In this document: piece by piece, positions 38,898 through 48,857 of the stretch | Layout of the letters: each line of letters opens with the position of its first letter | How positions within the stretch are numbered: position 1 is the stretch's first letter | Assembly: GCA_020849425.1 (NCBI GenBank) | Contig: JADLGH010000084.1 | Span: forward strand, 1-61,963 | From: Candidatus Dadabacteria bacterium | GTDB lineage: Bacteria > Desulfobacterota_D > UBA1144 > Nemesobacterales > UBA2774 | Length of the DNA: 61,963 nt | Reading direction: 5' to 3' | Program-made: the position numbers and the translations under genes | The notes under the pieces: model-generated | Database searches by the model: none | The model's input: the letters and a program-made list of their open reading frames with translations, nothing else | Told to the model about the DNA's origin: nothing

Positions 38898-39323
38898 TCA
38901 GTACTGGGGAACCTGGTTAGGTGCAGGAGCGCATATCTCGAGCTCGAGGCCGTCGGGGTCTAAAAAATGATATGCGATCGTCTCGCCGCCGGGACCGGTT
39001 TTCTCTTCTGTGAATGTAATACCGGCGGCTTTTAACCTTTTTGCCGCTGCCTCTACATCGCCTACCTTAAAGGCAATGTGGTTGACCGGCCCTCCGGAGG
39101 GCCGGCGCTTATCCTCCGTCGCGGCGAGAAAGACGCCGTTTTTGTTCCCGAGAAATGTTTTTTTGTCGCCGCCCCCGGGTCGGCCGTCCCGAATAATTTC
39201 AAGCCCGAGCAGGCCGGAATAAAAGCCTATGGCCCTATCCATGTCGGTAACCACTATGGCTGCGTGGTCAATTCCGTCTACGCCGTCCTCTCCGCCTCGA
39301 AATATGCTTCGGAGCCACTTCAT
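38898..39323 (-). CDS. VOC family protein (glyoxalase/bleomycin resistance/dioxygenase fold)
   Basis: IDHAAIVVTDMDRAIGFYSGLLGLE...NHIAFKV...HFLDPDGLELE. Confidence 0.85.
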   Translation of the reverse strand: MKWLRSIFRGGEDGVDGIDHAAIVVTDMDRAIGFYSGLLGLEIIRDGRPGGGDKKTFLGNKNGVFLAATEDKRRPSGGPVNHIAFKVGDVEAAAKRLKAAGITFTEEKTGPGGETIAYHFLDPDGLELEICAPAPNQVPQY

Positions 39324-39344
39324 GTAGGGGCCCTCCCGGGTGCG

Positions 39345-40568
39345 TCAGCCGAGCTTGAGCTTTTTTATCAACGCCCATCCCACGGCGGCGACGGCAATTA
39401 TTATAATGACGGCCATGAGAAGGTAGCTTTTCGATATGGAGTGAAAGAAGCTTGGCTTTACCTGGACCACCTTTTCGAAAACGGGTGATTCGGCGAGGAT
39501 TTCCCTTAAGTGCTCGTCCTCGACCGCGACCTCGACGGAAAGAAGGAGCGTTTGAAACCCGCTCTTTTCGGGTTTTACGCTCCATTCCCAGCTCGCCGTG
39601 GCGTCCTCGGCTATCGTCTTTACGTCCTCGGTGTCGTCGATGGGGAACTCCGGCTCTCCGCCCGTAGCGGAATCGGAAACGGGGGTTATATCGAAACCGC
39701 TCCCCTTGAGATGAAGCGTGATGTTATCGCCGAGTTTCAGGCTGCCGTCCGCGCCGTCCTCGGCGAGGCTTTGTGAAAGGTCTTTCAGGAATCTATGTGT
39801 AACCGCGGCCTCTATAGTATACGATTCGCCGACGCTCATTTCCCCCGGCGTATCGAACACTACCCTGCCGGCGGTAAGGCGGCGCATGTTTTTTCCGAGT
39901 ATCTCGGAAACCGCGGGGCTGACGACGCCGGGCCCGGAGGCCGTTTCGGGGGCGGATTCCGGCGCGGGGACCGGGGCCGGTTCGGGACCGGGCCCTTCTT
40001 CCTCGATGGTTATGGCGTCTATCATCTCTTTGGGGGGAGCTTCGGACCCAGGCCCGGATTCAGATTCGGGGGCGGGGGCCGGGGCTTCCTGCGCGGCGGG
40101 TGCGGGCGCCGATTCAGGCGCAGTGCCGGACTCGAGCCGGATCGTCACCCTCCGGTTGAGCCTGAGGGAGCTCTCGTCGCTGCCGGACGCGAACCTGCTG
40201 GTCTTGCCCTTGCCGCTGACCGTTATTTTCGCCGGGGCGACGCCTTCCGCCACGTAGAACCGCCTTACGGCTTCGGCCCTCCTCCGGGAGAGGTTGAGGT
40301 TGTACTCGTCGTCGCCCGTGACGTCGGAGTAGCCTTCGATGACGAGGACGGCTCCCGGATTATTCTTCAGAGTTTCGGCTAATTCCTTTAAGGCGGCCTC
40401 GCCGCCGGGGCCGAACGCGAATTCGTTCAGCTTGAAGAAGACGTCGGCCTCGCCCGAGGCGGTTTGCGCGAAGGCTACCTGAGCGACCGAACGCAGGCCG
40501 GGGAACGAAACGCAGGTGAGCGCCGTGAAAAGCGCCGGAATAAGCAGCGCGGCAAAGTGTTTATACAT
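39345..40568 (-). CDS. OmpA-family peptidoglycan-binding protein with Pro/Glu/Ala linkers, an uncharacterised domain and a C-terminal TM anchor
   Basis: Signal peptide. OmpA_C core VLVIEGYSDVTGDDEYNLNLSRRRAEAV...NRRVTIRL. C-terminal LLMAVIIIIAVAAVGWALI. Confidence 0.85.
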   Translation of the reverse strand: MYKHFAALLIPALFTALTCVSFPGLRSVAQVAFAQTASGEADVFFKLNEFAFGPGGEAALKELAETLKNNPGAVLVIEGYSDVTGDDEYNLNLSRRRAEAVRRFYVAEGVAPAKITVSGKGKTSRFASGSDESSLRLNRRVTIRLESGTAPESAPAPAAQEAPAPAPESESGPGSEAPPKEMIDAITIEEEGPGPEPAPVPAPESAPETASGPGVVSPAVSEILGKNMRRLTAGRVVFDTPGEMSVGESYTIEAAVTHRFLKDLSQSLAEDGADGSLKLGDNITLHLKGSGFDITPVSDSATGGEPEFPIDDTEDVKTIAEDATASWEWSVKPEKSGFQTLLLSVEVAVEDEHLREILAESPVFEKVVQVKPSFFHSISKSYLLMAVIIIIAVAAVGWALIKKLKLG

Positions 40569-40607
40569 CTTCAGCCTCGAGAAGGAGCTTTAACGCGGAT
40601 GACTACC

Positions 40608-40637
40608 ATTATCCCACCTTCGGTCTTCCCTTGTCAA
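40608..40637 (-). promoter_or_regulatory. Candidate promoter TTGACA-18-GATAAT for the OmpA-family gene
   Basis: Minus strand: TTGACA (40637-40632) and GATAAT (40613-40608). Confidence 0.3.
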
Positions 40638-40755
40638 TAAGCCCGGGAGGAGCCGGCAGAGCTCCGAAGGCGCTATTCGGGCGCCGCCGCCCGTTACAGG
40701 TGCTATACTAAACCTTATTCGGGAAATTACCCCGCAGGCCACAGGGGACGAACGC

Positions 40756-41910
40756 ATGAGCAGGGATTACACGCTTTCGGTATACGATTCCATCGGGGCA
40801 CTCGACAGGGAGGAGTATAACGCGCTCATAGACCGGGAAAATCCGTTCCTCGAATACGAATTTTTAGAGGCGATGGAGGGGTCGGGCTGCGTCGGGCCGC
40901 ATACGACATGGGTTCCGAGATACCTGGTGCTGAGGGACGGGGGCGCAATGGCCGGGGCGGTGGCGGCTTATATAAAGCTCGATTCTTACGGCGAGTACAT
41001 ATTCGACTGGGAGTGGGCGCGGGCGTTCGAGAACGCACGACTCAGATACTATCCCAAGCTCGTCGCGGCGGTGCCGTTCACACCGGCCACCGGCACGCGC
41101 ATATCCGTTCATCCCGAATACCCGTTCGAGGAGTGCGCAGGTATCCTGGCGAGGGGGCTCACCGAGCTCGCGGTGAGGGAGGAGTGCTCGTCCGCGCACG
41201 TGCTGTTCCTTACGGAGAGGGAATGCTCGCTCCTGGGGAGGCTCGGGTTCCTGACGCGGGTCACACATCAATATCACTGGAAGAACAGAAATTACGGGAG
41301 CTTCGACGACTTTTTAGGGGACCTTCGCTCGGGAAGGAGGAAGCAGATAAAGAAGGAGAGGAAATCGCTCGAAGGAACGGGCCTCGAAATAAGGATCGTC
41401 GAAAAGGACGACATAAGGGAAGAGCACATCGACGCCGTATGGGACTTTTACACGGACACCCATTCGAGGAAATGGGGAAGCGCTTATCTCAACAGGGAAT
41501 TCTTCGATCTGATGTGGGAGAAGTACAGGCGCCGGATTGTCCTGGTTATGGCGGGTGACGGGAAGAGATGGGTCGGGGGGAGCTTTAACATCGTCAAGAA
41601 CAACAGGCTTTTCGGCCGCTACTGGGGGGCGCTGGAATCATACAGCAACCTCCATTTCGAGTGTTGTTTCTACAGCTTGATAAATTATTCTATAAATAAC
41701 GGAATCGATATTTTCGAGGCCGGGGCTCAGGGCGAGCATAAATTCCTCCGGGGATTCGGGGCGGTTCCCACGTATAGCTCACACCTGATTCTGAACGAGG
41801 ACGCAGGAAGCGCCATCGGCAAGTTCCTCGACCGGGAGCGCGGGTATACGGAGCGCCTCATAGAGCAGTACAATTTGCAGTCGCCTCTTAAATATTTGCA
41901 CGGGCAGTAG
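40756..41910 (+). CDS. GNAT-fold protein of the FemAB-like / DUF482 family
   Basis: FLEYEFLEAMEGSGCVGPHTTWVPRYLV...YYPKLVAAVPFTPATGTRI...EAGAQGEHK. Confidence 0.8.
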   Translation: MSRDYTLSVYDSIGALDREEYNALIDRENPFLEYEFLEAMEGSGCVGPHTTWVPRYLVLRDGGAMAGAVAAYIKLDSYGEYIFDWEWARAFENARLRYYPKLVAAVPFTPATGTRISVHPEYPFEECAGILARGLTELAVREECSSAHVLFLTERECSLLGRLGFLTRVTHQYHWKNRNYGSFDDFLGDLRSGRRKQIKKERKSLEGTGLEIRIVEKDDIREEHIDAVWDFYTDTHSRKWGSAYLNREFFDLMWEKYRRRIVLVMAGDGKRWVGGSFNIVKNNRLFGRYWGALESYSNLHFECCFYSLINYSINNGIDIFEAGAQGEHKFLRGFGAVPTYSSHLILNEDAGSAIGKFLDRERGYTERLIEQYNLQSPLKYLHGQ

Positions 41911-41989
41911 AAAAACGAGGGGAGGATGATTAAATTTTTTAAATAGTAAGCGGCGAGGGAAGCCCCGGCGCCGCCGAGAGACTTTGGTT

Positions 41990-42331
41990 ATGGCTGAAAG
42001 AGATATTAAACGGAGCGATCGCGAAGGGGAGCTCCTCACCGAAAAACGGACCAGGCTCAAACGGCCCGACATGTACAGGATAGTGCTATTAAACGACGAC
42101 TACACCCCGAGGGAATTCGTGGTGTGGGTGCTCATGAGGATTTTTTACAAGGGGCAGGAGGAATCGACCAGGATAATGCTCGAAGCGCATACGGCGGGCA
42201 GAAGCACCGTGGGCGTTTATACTTATGATGTGGCTACAACCAAGATAGCGCATGTGGACAAGCTGGCGAAGGAGTACGAGCACCCGCTCAAATGTATACT
42301 GGAAGTGGAGGGGGGAGGCGAATATCAATGA
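41990..42331 (+). CDS. clpS: ATP-dependent Clp protease adaptor ClpS
   Basis: MYRIVLLNDDYTPREFVVWVLMRIF...EAHTAGRSTVGVYTYDVA. Confidence 0.93.
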   Translation: MAERDIKRSDREGELLTEKRTRLKRPDMYRIVLLNDDYTPREFVVWVLMRIFYKGQEESTRIMLEAHTAGRSTVGVYTYDVATTKIAHVDKLAKEYEHPLKCILEVEGGGEYQ

Positions 42332-44565
42332 CACTCTCAAGGGAACTGCAGGAAACACTTAAAAGGTCTTACGAGCAGGCAAAGGCCAGGCGGCACGAGT
42401 TCATAACGCTCGAGCACATATTGCTGGAGCTGACATACGACCCGAACGCGTCGGAGGTTCTTACGGGATGCGGCGTAGACCTCGAACGGCTGAGAACGAG
42501 CCTCGAGGACTTTATCGACGAGAACATGCCCCCTATAGACTCCGAGTACCTGCCGGAGCCCCAGTACTCGGCCGGGAGCCATTACGTTCTGAGGCTCGCC
42601 GCCATGCACGCGGAGTCGGCCGACAAGCAGCAGATAGACGGGGGGAACATACTCATCGCCATGTTCAGGGTGGACGAGTCTCACGCCGTGTATCTTCTGA
42701 GCGAGCAGGGCGTAAACAGGTACGACCTCGTGAGATACATATCGCACGGCAGCTCGGGTTACGGGCAGCAGGAAAAATCCACCAGTATAGCAAAGACGGA
42801 CACGCAGGCACAGGAAGGGGCGAAGGACCCGCTATCGGAGTTCTGCACGAACCTCGTAAAGAAGGCGCGCGACGGAAAGCTGGACCCGCTCATCGGCCGT
42901 GAATCCGAGATAGACCGCACGATACACATACTCGCCCGGAGGCGGAAGAATAACCCGATATTCGTCGGGGACGCCGGCGTCGGCAAGACTGCGATAGCCG
43001 AGGGGCTCGCCCTAAGGATCGCGGAAAATGAGGTTCCGAAGGCGCTCAGGAACACCGCCATCTACGCCCTCGACATGGGCTCGCTCACCGCCGGGACGCG
43101 GTACAGGGGGGATTTCGAGGAGAGGCTCAAGTCCATCATAGACAACGTAAAAGGGGACGACAAAAAGATACTTTTCATCGACGAGATACATACCGTCATC
43201 GGAGCGGGGGCCGTTTCGGGAGGGACGCTCGACGCGTCCAACATGCTGAAGCCCGCGCTCGCCAACGGCGAGATAAGGTGTATCGGGACGACGACGCTCA
43301 AGGAATACAGGAGCGTTTTCGAGAAGGACCACGCGCTCGCCCGGAGGTTCCAGAGGGTTGACGTTTACGAGCCCGGCGAAGAGGAATGCGTGAAGATACT
43401 CCAGGGGCTCAAGAGGCACTACGAGGAGTTTCACGGCGTAAGGTATTCGACGCCGGCCCTGAAGGCGGCCGTGGAGCTTTCGGCGAAGTACATGAACGAC
43501 AGGAGGCTCCCGGACAAGGCCATCGACCTCATCGACGAGGCCGGGGCGGCCGCGAAGCTCCGGAATTTCGACACGGGCGTGAGGCAGGTGACCGTGAAGG
43601 ACATAGAGGCGCTCGTATCGAAGATAGCCAAGGTGCCGAGCCGGACCGTCAAGGCCGACGACAGGAACAGGCTCATGACGCTGGCCGCGGACCTGAAGAA
43701 GGTCATATTCGGGCAGGACGAGGCGGTCGAAAAGCTCGTGACGGCGATACAGATGTCGCGCTCGGGGCTGAGCGAGCCGGATAAGCCCGTCGGCAACTTC
43801 ATGTTCGCCGGGCCGACCGGCGTCGGAAAGACTGAGCTCGCAAAGCAGCTCGCAGAGGCGCTCGGCATCGGGTTCATACGTTTCGACATGAGCGAGTACA
43901 TGGAGAAGCATACTGTGTCGAGGCTCATAGGATCGCCCCCGGGATACGTCGGATACGACGAGGGCGGGCAGCTCACGGAGGCCGTTCACAAGAACCCGCA
44001 CGCGGTGCTTCTGCTGGACGAGATAGAGAAGGCGCACGAAGACATCTATAACGTACTTTTGCAGGTGATGGACCACGCGACGCTTACGGATTCGAACGGG
44101 AGGAAGGTCGATTTCAGGCAGATAGTGTTGATACTGACGACGAACACGGGCTCCCGCGAGAGCGGCCAGAGAACGCTCGGCTTCGAGAAGGACGAGTTCG
44201 AGGACAAGAGCGTCCAGGCCATAGAGAAGTACTTCAGCCCCGAGTTCAGGAACAGGCTTAACGCCGTGCTCCATTTCAGCTCTCTCAGCAGGGAAGTCGT
44301 CGAAAAGATAGTAGACAAGATGTTCGGACAGCTCGCCGACAGGCTAAGGGTGAAGAAGGTGTCCGTAGAGCTCACGCCCGGGGCCAGGTCGTACATAGCC
44401 GAGAAGGGCTACGACAAGCTCTTAGGGGCGAGGCCCATACAGAGATTCATCGACAGCGAGATCACGGAGAAGCTGACCCAGGAGATACTCTTCGGGAACC
44501 TTGCGTCCGGCGGGAGCGTCAAGGTGGTAGCCGGGGACGGCCGGCTCGGATTCGAGTTCGAATAG
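42328..44565 (+). CDS. clpA: ATP-dependent Clp protease ATP-binding subunit ClpA
   Basis: ATGA overlap with clpS. Two AAA+ modules ([15 protein letters not shown]; [15 protein letters not shown]) and no ClpB middle domain. Confidence 0.97.
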   Translation: MTLSRELQETLKRSYEQAKARRHEFITLEHILLELTYDPNASEVLTGCGVDLERLRTSLEDFIDENMPPIDSEYLPEPQYSAGSHYVLRLAAMHAESADKQQIDGGNILIAMFRVDESHAVYLLSEQGVNRYDLVRYISHGSSGYGQQEKSTSIAKTDTQAQEGAKDPLSEFCTNLVKKARDGKLDPLIGRESEIDRTIHILARRRKNNPIFVGDAGVGKTAIAEGLALRIAENEVPKALRNTAIYALDMGSLTAGTRYRGDFEERLKSIIDNVKGDDKKILFIDEIHTVIGAGAVSGGTLDASNMLKPALANGEIRCIGTTTLKEYRSVFEKDHALARRFQRVDVYEPGEEECVKILQGLKRHYEEFHGVRYSTPALKAAVELSAKYMNDRRLPDKAIDLIDEAGAAAKLRNFDTGVRQVTVKDIEALVSKIAKVPSRTVKADDRNRLMTLAADLKKVIFGQDEAVEKLVTAIQMSRSGLSEPDKPVGNFMFAGPTGVGKTELAKQLAEALGIGFIRFDMSEYMEKHTVSRLIGSPPGYVGYDEGGQLTEAVHKNPHAVLLLDEIEKAHEDIYNVLLQVMDHATLTDSNGRKVDFRQIVLILTTNTGSRESGQRTLGFEKDEFEDKSVQAIEKYFSPEFRNRLNAVLHFSSLSREVVEKIVDKMFGQLADRLRVKKVSVELTPGARSYIAEKGYDKLLGARPIQRFIDSEITEKLTQEILFGNLASGGSVKVVAGDGRLGFEFE

Positions 44566-44656
44566 AAGAAAACCCCTCGGAAACAGGGGATTCCTGCAAT
44601 ATAATTAAGCAGGCAGACAGAATCCCAATATCTCGATACCCGGGAGGTTCGCGTAA

Positions 44657-45019
44657 ATGCCGCGACTGGATTATTTGCTTAAGAGGTTCCTGCTCTTATC
44701 TTTGGCGCCCGTATTTACGATAATGTTACTTTTATCGGGCTCCATCGCGGAAAGCGCGCCGATAGAGATCGCAGAGGGGTCGAAATCGAGCGGGAACGAG
44801 GTAATGAAATCCATAGAGGCCGGGAAGGATTACAAGGGCATGACGAAGGAAGAGGTCGCCGCCGGTATAGGGGAGCCGTGGCGCAGGGACACGACGCCCG
44901 TCAAGGCGCGCTACGACGAGAAATGGGTATACAGCTGCCAGACGAAGAATGGCATCACGTACGACTGCGTGTATCTTTACTTTATGGGCGGCCGCGTGGT
45001 GAACGTCGAAGTACTCTGA
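44657..45019 (+). CDS. Small secreted hypothetical protein (BamE/SmpA-like flavour)
   Basis: Hydrophobic N-terminus. GMTKEEVAAGIGEP...VYLYFMGGRVVNVE resembles the SmpA_OmlA fold. Weak call. Confidence 0.5.
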   Translation: MPRLDYLLKRFLLLSLAPVFTIMLLLSGSIAESAPIEIAEGSKSSGNEVMKSIEAGKDYKGMTKEEVAAGIGEPWRRDTTPVKARYDEKWVYSCQTKNGITYDCVYLYFMGGRVVNVEVL

Positions 45020-45038
45020 TTCCGGGGAGAAACGAGAT

Positions 45039-45587
45039 ATGAAGAAGTGCCCGAAGTGCGGTGTTGAGCTTAAGACCAAGGTGCTCGGATCTATAGAGGT
45101 AGACGAGTGCGAGTCGTGTAAGGGGGTCTGGCTCGAAAAGGGGGAGCTCGAAGAGGTGAAGGAAGAGACGGACCCCAACCTCGACTGGCTCGATTTCGAG
45201 ATATGGAAGCACCCCGAAAAATTTAAATCGGGCCCGGACGGCGTCGATTGCCCCGTGTGCGGAACCCCGGCCGCGAGCCTCGAATACGGGGATACAGGGG
45301 TCGAGATAAATTACTGCGCCACCTGCCAGGGCATATGGCTCGAAAAGGACGAGCTTCCGAAGATAATAGAATCCCTCGAAGACGAGATAGCCCGGAAGAC
45401 CCTCTCCGATTACTTTAAGGAGAGCGTAGAGGAGGCCAAGGAGATAGTAACCGGGCACGAATCCTTCATGTCGGAGTGGAAGGATTTCTCGTCCGTGCTG
45501 AAGCTTATGCAGTACAGGCTATTCGTCGAGAAGCCGAAGCTCGTCGAAACCCTGACCGAGCTCAATACGCTCAACCCTTTTAAATAA
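45039..45587 (+). CDS. Zn-ribbon protein with two TFIIB-type CxxC...CxxC modules
   Basis: CPKCGVEL...CESCKGVWLEKGEL and CPVCGTP...CATCQGIWLEKDEL. Confidence 0.75.
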   Translation: MKKCPKCGVELKTKVLGSIEVDECESCKGVWLEKGELEEVKEETDPNLDWLDFEIWKHPEKFKSGPDGVDCPVCGTPAASLEYGDTGVEINYCATCQGIWLEKDELPKIIESLEDEIARKTLSDYFKESVEEAKEIVTGHESFMSEWKDFSSVLKLMQYRLFVEKPKLVETLTELNTLNPFK

Positions 45588-45784
45588 CCCCGGTTAAATA
45601 ACCCCGGGCGCGGGATTCCCGAATCCGTCCCGCCCCGATGTCCGGGCCGTTACTAAACCCCAATCGATCATAAAAGGAAAACGCCCCGGAGCGCCGCGAA
45701 AAAACATGGGCATTCCGGCGCGAAATCACGGTTATAATTAATCGATACTGCTTTAATCCCATAATATCCGGAGGAGCCCGACAC

Positions 45785-46735
45785 ATGAATAAGAAAGGAA
45801 TATCGAAAATCCCGTATATGATTCTGTTACTGATTTTTGCGTGCGGATTCGCGGTGTCGTGCGACGGGGAGAACGTGCTTACAGGGCCGGAAGCTCCGGG
45901 GCCTGAAGAGCCGGGACCGGGGGAGCCGGGCGGCGGCGAATTCAGCGCCGAGACGGCTGCGGAGCTCATGTACCTCTGCCTCCAGTCGTACCAGATGCTG
46001 ATAGACAACGACAACGGCAGGGAATTCACCCTGCCTTCGCCGTACGAGCTGAAGGAGATACTGCTCACTCCCGAAAGCTTCTTCGGGGAATCCTTGCCGA
46101 CGGAGGTGCCGATAGCGTTCGTCGCCACGAGCGGCTCCAACATTTACGTCGTGTTCAGGGGGACCAAGACTGTAGACGAGTGGATAAGCGACGCCGATTT
46201 CCCGCTCGTGAGCTACACTTACGGGGGGAAGACGGAAGAGGGATTTACGGACATATATAACACGCTTGCCGTTACGAGCGCGGTTGCCAGCGCGGCGGAG
46301 TCGGGAAATTACAACAATGTTTATATAACAGGCCACAGCCTGGGCGCGGCGCTCGCGGTACTGGCGGTTCCCGACATCATAGAGAACACCGATTTTAAGA
46401 ACCCGGTCATGTACAACTTCGCCGGGCCGAGGGTCGGCGACGCCGACTTCAAGAGCCTCTACGAAGGGTACGAGATAGACAGCCGGCGGATCTATAACAC
46501 GAACGACATCGTTCCCACGCTGCCTCCGACGGAGTTTTCCTACGTACACGTGGATACGGGATACCCTGTAACGTTCGGGGCGCCGATTACGGGACCGACG
46601 GACTTTCGCCAGATAGCGATAAACCACAGCTCATGTAATTACTATTCCACTGTATGCGGCTTGACCTCGGACCGGGAAAGCTGCGAGGCGCTGGGCGAGG
46701 GGCTCGACGAATGCACGTTCGGCGGCGGGCAATAA
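45785..46735 (+). CDS. Class 3 lipase family lipoprotein
   Basis: Lipobox LLIFACG/VSC, VVFRGTKTVDEWISD, and the nucleophile elbow ITGHSLGAALA. Confidence 0.85.
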   Translation: MNKKGISKIPYMILLLIFACGFAVSCDGENVLTGPEAPGPEEPGPGEPGGGEFSAETAAELMYLCLQSYQMLIDNDNGREFTLPSPYELKEILLTPESFFGESLPTEVPIAFVATSGSNIYVVFRGTKTVDEWISDADFPLVSYTYGGKTEEGFTDIYNTLAVTSAVASAAESGNYNNVYITGHSLGAALAVLAVPDIIENTDFKNPVMYNFAGPRVGDADFKSLYEGYEIDSRRIYNTNDIVPTLPPTEFSYVHVDTGYPVTFGAPITGPTDFRQIAINHSSCNYYSTVCGLTSDRESCEALGEGLDECTFGGGQ

Positions 46736-46848
46736 TAAAATCCGGGCTCCCGGGGCGGTGTGATATAACCCCGCTCTTTGTGTTAATATATTGGTTCGTT
46801 TCGCAAGGCGCGTACCATGAATCAAAGAGAAACCGGGAATTATTCCGC

Positions 46849-47472
46849 ATGCCCGACCCGAAGAGCCTGATAGCATCCAACATCAAGGACAAGGAGCTCG
46901 TAAGCGTAAGGCGCCAGGAGCTCGTGAACGCCGCCGTCGAGCTCTTCGTCCGGAAGGGTTTCCACAAGACCACCGTCCGCGAGATCGCCCGCGAGTTCGG
47001 CATGAGCATGGGCACGCTCTACGATTACATAAGGACGAAGGAGGACATACTCTTTTTAGTCTGCGATCATATATCGAAGAGCGTCAGCGACAAGCTCCAG
47101 AGCACGCTAACGGGAAAGAAGGACCCCGCCGAGAACCTGAGAAACGCGATACGCGACTATTTCACTATAATCGACGAGATCGAGGACTATACCCTCCTCC
47201 TCTACCAGGAGACAAAATCGCTCAACAGGGAAGAGAGGAAATACGTGCTCGACGCCGAGAACGGCCTGGTGGACATCTTCGAAGGCATTATCACTCAGGG
47301 GATCAAGGAAAAGATTTTTCATATAGATAAGGAAACGGCCCGGCTTTTAGCGCATAATATTATGGTAGAGGGGCAGATGTGGGCTTTCAGGCGCTGGGCG
47401 CTCAGAAAGAACTTCACGCTCAAACAGTACATCAAGCTTCAGACGGACCTCATAACGAAAGCCCTCCGCTAA
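46849..47472 (+). CDS. TetR/AcrR family transcriptional regulator (FadR-like by context)
   Basis: Internal ATG at 46849. The HTH reads FHKTTVREIAREFGMSMGTLYDYIRTKEDILF. Confidence 0.9.
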   Translation: MPDPKSLIASNIKDKELVSVRRQELVNAAVELFVRKGFHKTTVREIAREFGMSMGTLYDYIRTKEDILFLVCDHISKSVSDKLQSTLTGKKDPAENLRNAIRDYFTIIDEIEDYTLLLYQETKSLNREERKYVLDAENGLVDIFEGIITQGIKEKIFHIDKETARLLAHNIMVEGQMWAFRRWALRKNFTLKQYIKLQTDLITKALR

Positions 47473-47480
47473 AAAAGTCG

Positions 47481-47532
47481 TTGACACGAAAAGGGAATGG
47501 TTTTAGAATTGATTACCGAGCGAGCGCTCGGT
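47481..47532 (+). promoter_or_regulatory. Promoter TTGACA-17-TAGAAT plus perfect 8-2-8 palindrome ACCGAGCG-ag-CGCTCGGT
   Basis: -35 at 47481-47486, -10 at 47504-47509, palindrome at 47515-47532, SD GGAGG at 47545-47549. Confidence 0.5.
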
Positions 47533-47557
47533 TGCCAAAAGAACGGAGGTGTCAGGC

Positions 47558-48709
47558 ATGTCCATTATAACGCTGACGGAAGAGCAGGAGCTTATAAAAA
47601 TGACGGCAAAGGATTTCGCCGCCAGGGAAGTCAGGCCGGAGGCCGCCCGAAACGACAGGGAGGGAAAGTTCCCGAAAAGGCTCGTGGACAAGATGAGCGA
47701 GCTCGGGTTCATGGGGATGATGGTGCCGGAGGAATACGGCGGCAGCGGGCTCGACTGCGTCTCCTACGTGATCGCGCTCGAAGAGATATGCGCTGCCTGC
47801 GCCTCGACGGGGATAATCATGTCCGTTAACAACTCGCTCGTTTGCAATCCGATACTGGCTTTCGGCTCGGAGAAGCAGAAGCAGGCGTATCTTCCCGACC
47901 TCGCGAGCGGGAAGAAGCTCGGATGCTTCTCACTGAGCGAGCCGGACGCGGGATCGGACCCAGCGAGCATGAGGACCATCGCGCTGAGGAAGAACGATTC
48001 TTACGTTATAAACGGGGCAAAGGCGTGGATTACGAACGGGGCCGAGGCCGACGTGATGGTGCTGATAGCGGCCACCGACCCTTCCAAGGGACACCACGGG
48101 ATTTCGGCGTTTATAATCGACATGGATACCCCCGGGGTCAATGTCGCGAAACTGGAGCACAAGCTCGGCATAAAGGCGACGAGCACGGCGCAGATATACT
48201 TCGAGGACTGCAAGGTGCCCAGGTCCGCCATGATCGGGCATGAAGGGGACGGCTTCAAGATCGCCATGACGACGCTCGACGGCGGGAGGATAGGCGTCGC
48301 TACCCAGGCCGTGGGCATAGCGCGTGCCGCGCTGGAGGAAGCCGTGAGATATTCGAAGGAGCGGCAGGCGTTCGGCAGGACCATATCGTCGTTCCAGGGG
48401 CTTCAGTTCATGATGGCCGACATGGCCACGCGCCTTGAGGCGTCGAGGCTCCTGACCCTTCAGGCGGCCGTTATGAAAGACAAGCACATGAACTATTCCA
48501 AGGAATCCGCAATGGCCAAGCTCTATGCCGCCGAGACCGCGATGTGGGTGACGACGAAGGCCATCCAGATACACGGAGGTTACGGATACACGGTGGATTA
48601 CCCGGTGGAGAGTTTATTCAGGGACGCCAAGATAACGGAGATATACGAGGGGACGTCCGAGATACAAAGGGTCGTCATAGCGAGGGAAGTCCTGAGGGAA
48701 ATCGTATAA
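47558..48709 (+). CDS. Acyl-CoA dehydrogenase (short/medium-chain type)
   Basis: 383 aa. Classic ACAD N-terminal, middle and C-terminal regions, with YEGTSEIQRVVIAR near the C-terminus. Confidence 0.95.
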   Translation: MSIITLTEEQELIKMTAKDFAAREVRPEAARNDREGKFPKRLVDKMSELGFMGMMVPEEYGGSGLDCVSYVIALEEICAACASTGIIMSVNNSLVCNPILAFGSEKQKQAYLPDLASGKKLGCFSLSEPDAGSDPASMRTIALRKNDSYVINGAKAWITNGAEADVMVLIAATDPSKGHHGISAFIIDMDTPGVNVAKLEHKLGIKATSTAQIYFEDCKVPRSAMIGHEGDGFKIAMTTLDGGRIGVATQAVGIARAALEEAVRYSKERQAFGRTISSFQGLQFMMADMATRLEASRLLTLQAAVMKDKHMNYSKESAMAKLYAAETAMWVTTKAIQIHGGYGYTVDYPVESLFRDAKITEIYEGTSEIQRVVIAREVLREIV

Positions 48710-48714
48710 AAAAA

Positions 48715-48747
48715 GAAGCCCTTAAACTTAAAGGGCTTCTTTCCTCT
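48715..48747 (+). terminator. Rho-independent-type terminator
   Basis: gaagccctt-aaactta-aagggcttc forms a 9-bp stem, followed by tttcctct. Confidence 0.6.
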
Positions 48748-48857
48748 GGAGGATGGTGGTATAGGATGTGCTTTTTAATTCGACTGTCGCTTCCTGTATC
48801 ATTAGATACTGTGCGTGAGAAATGGATTCACCTTAATGAAACAATTGAATTACGCTC

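Noticed and set aside
43012-44274. 420-aa minus-strand ORF
   Set aside because: A shadow ORF antisense to clpA, with no motifs.
45580-46143. 187-aa minus-strand ORF
   Set aside because: It overlaps the class 3 lipase gene (GHSLG motif) in antisense and extends into intergenic DNA. It has no SD and no motifs.
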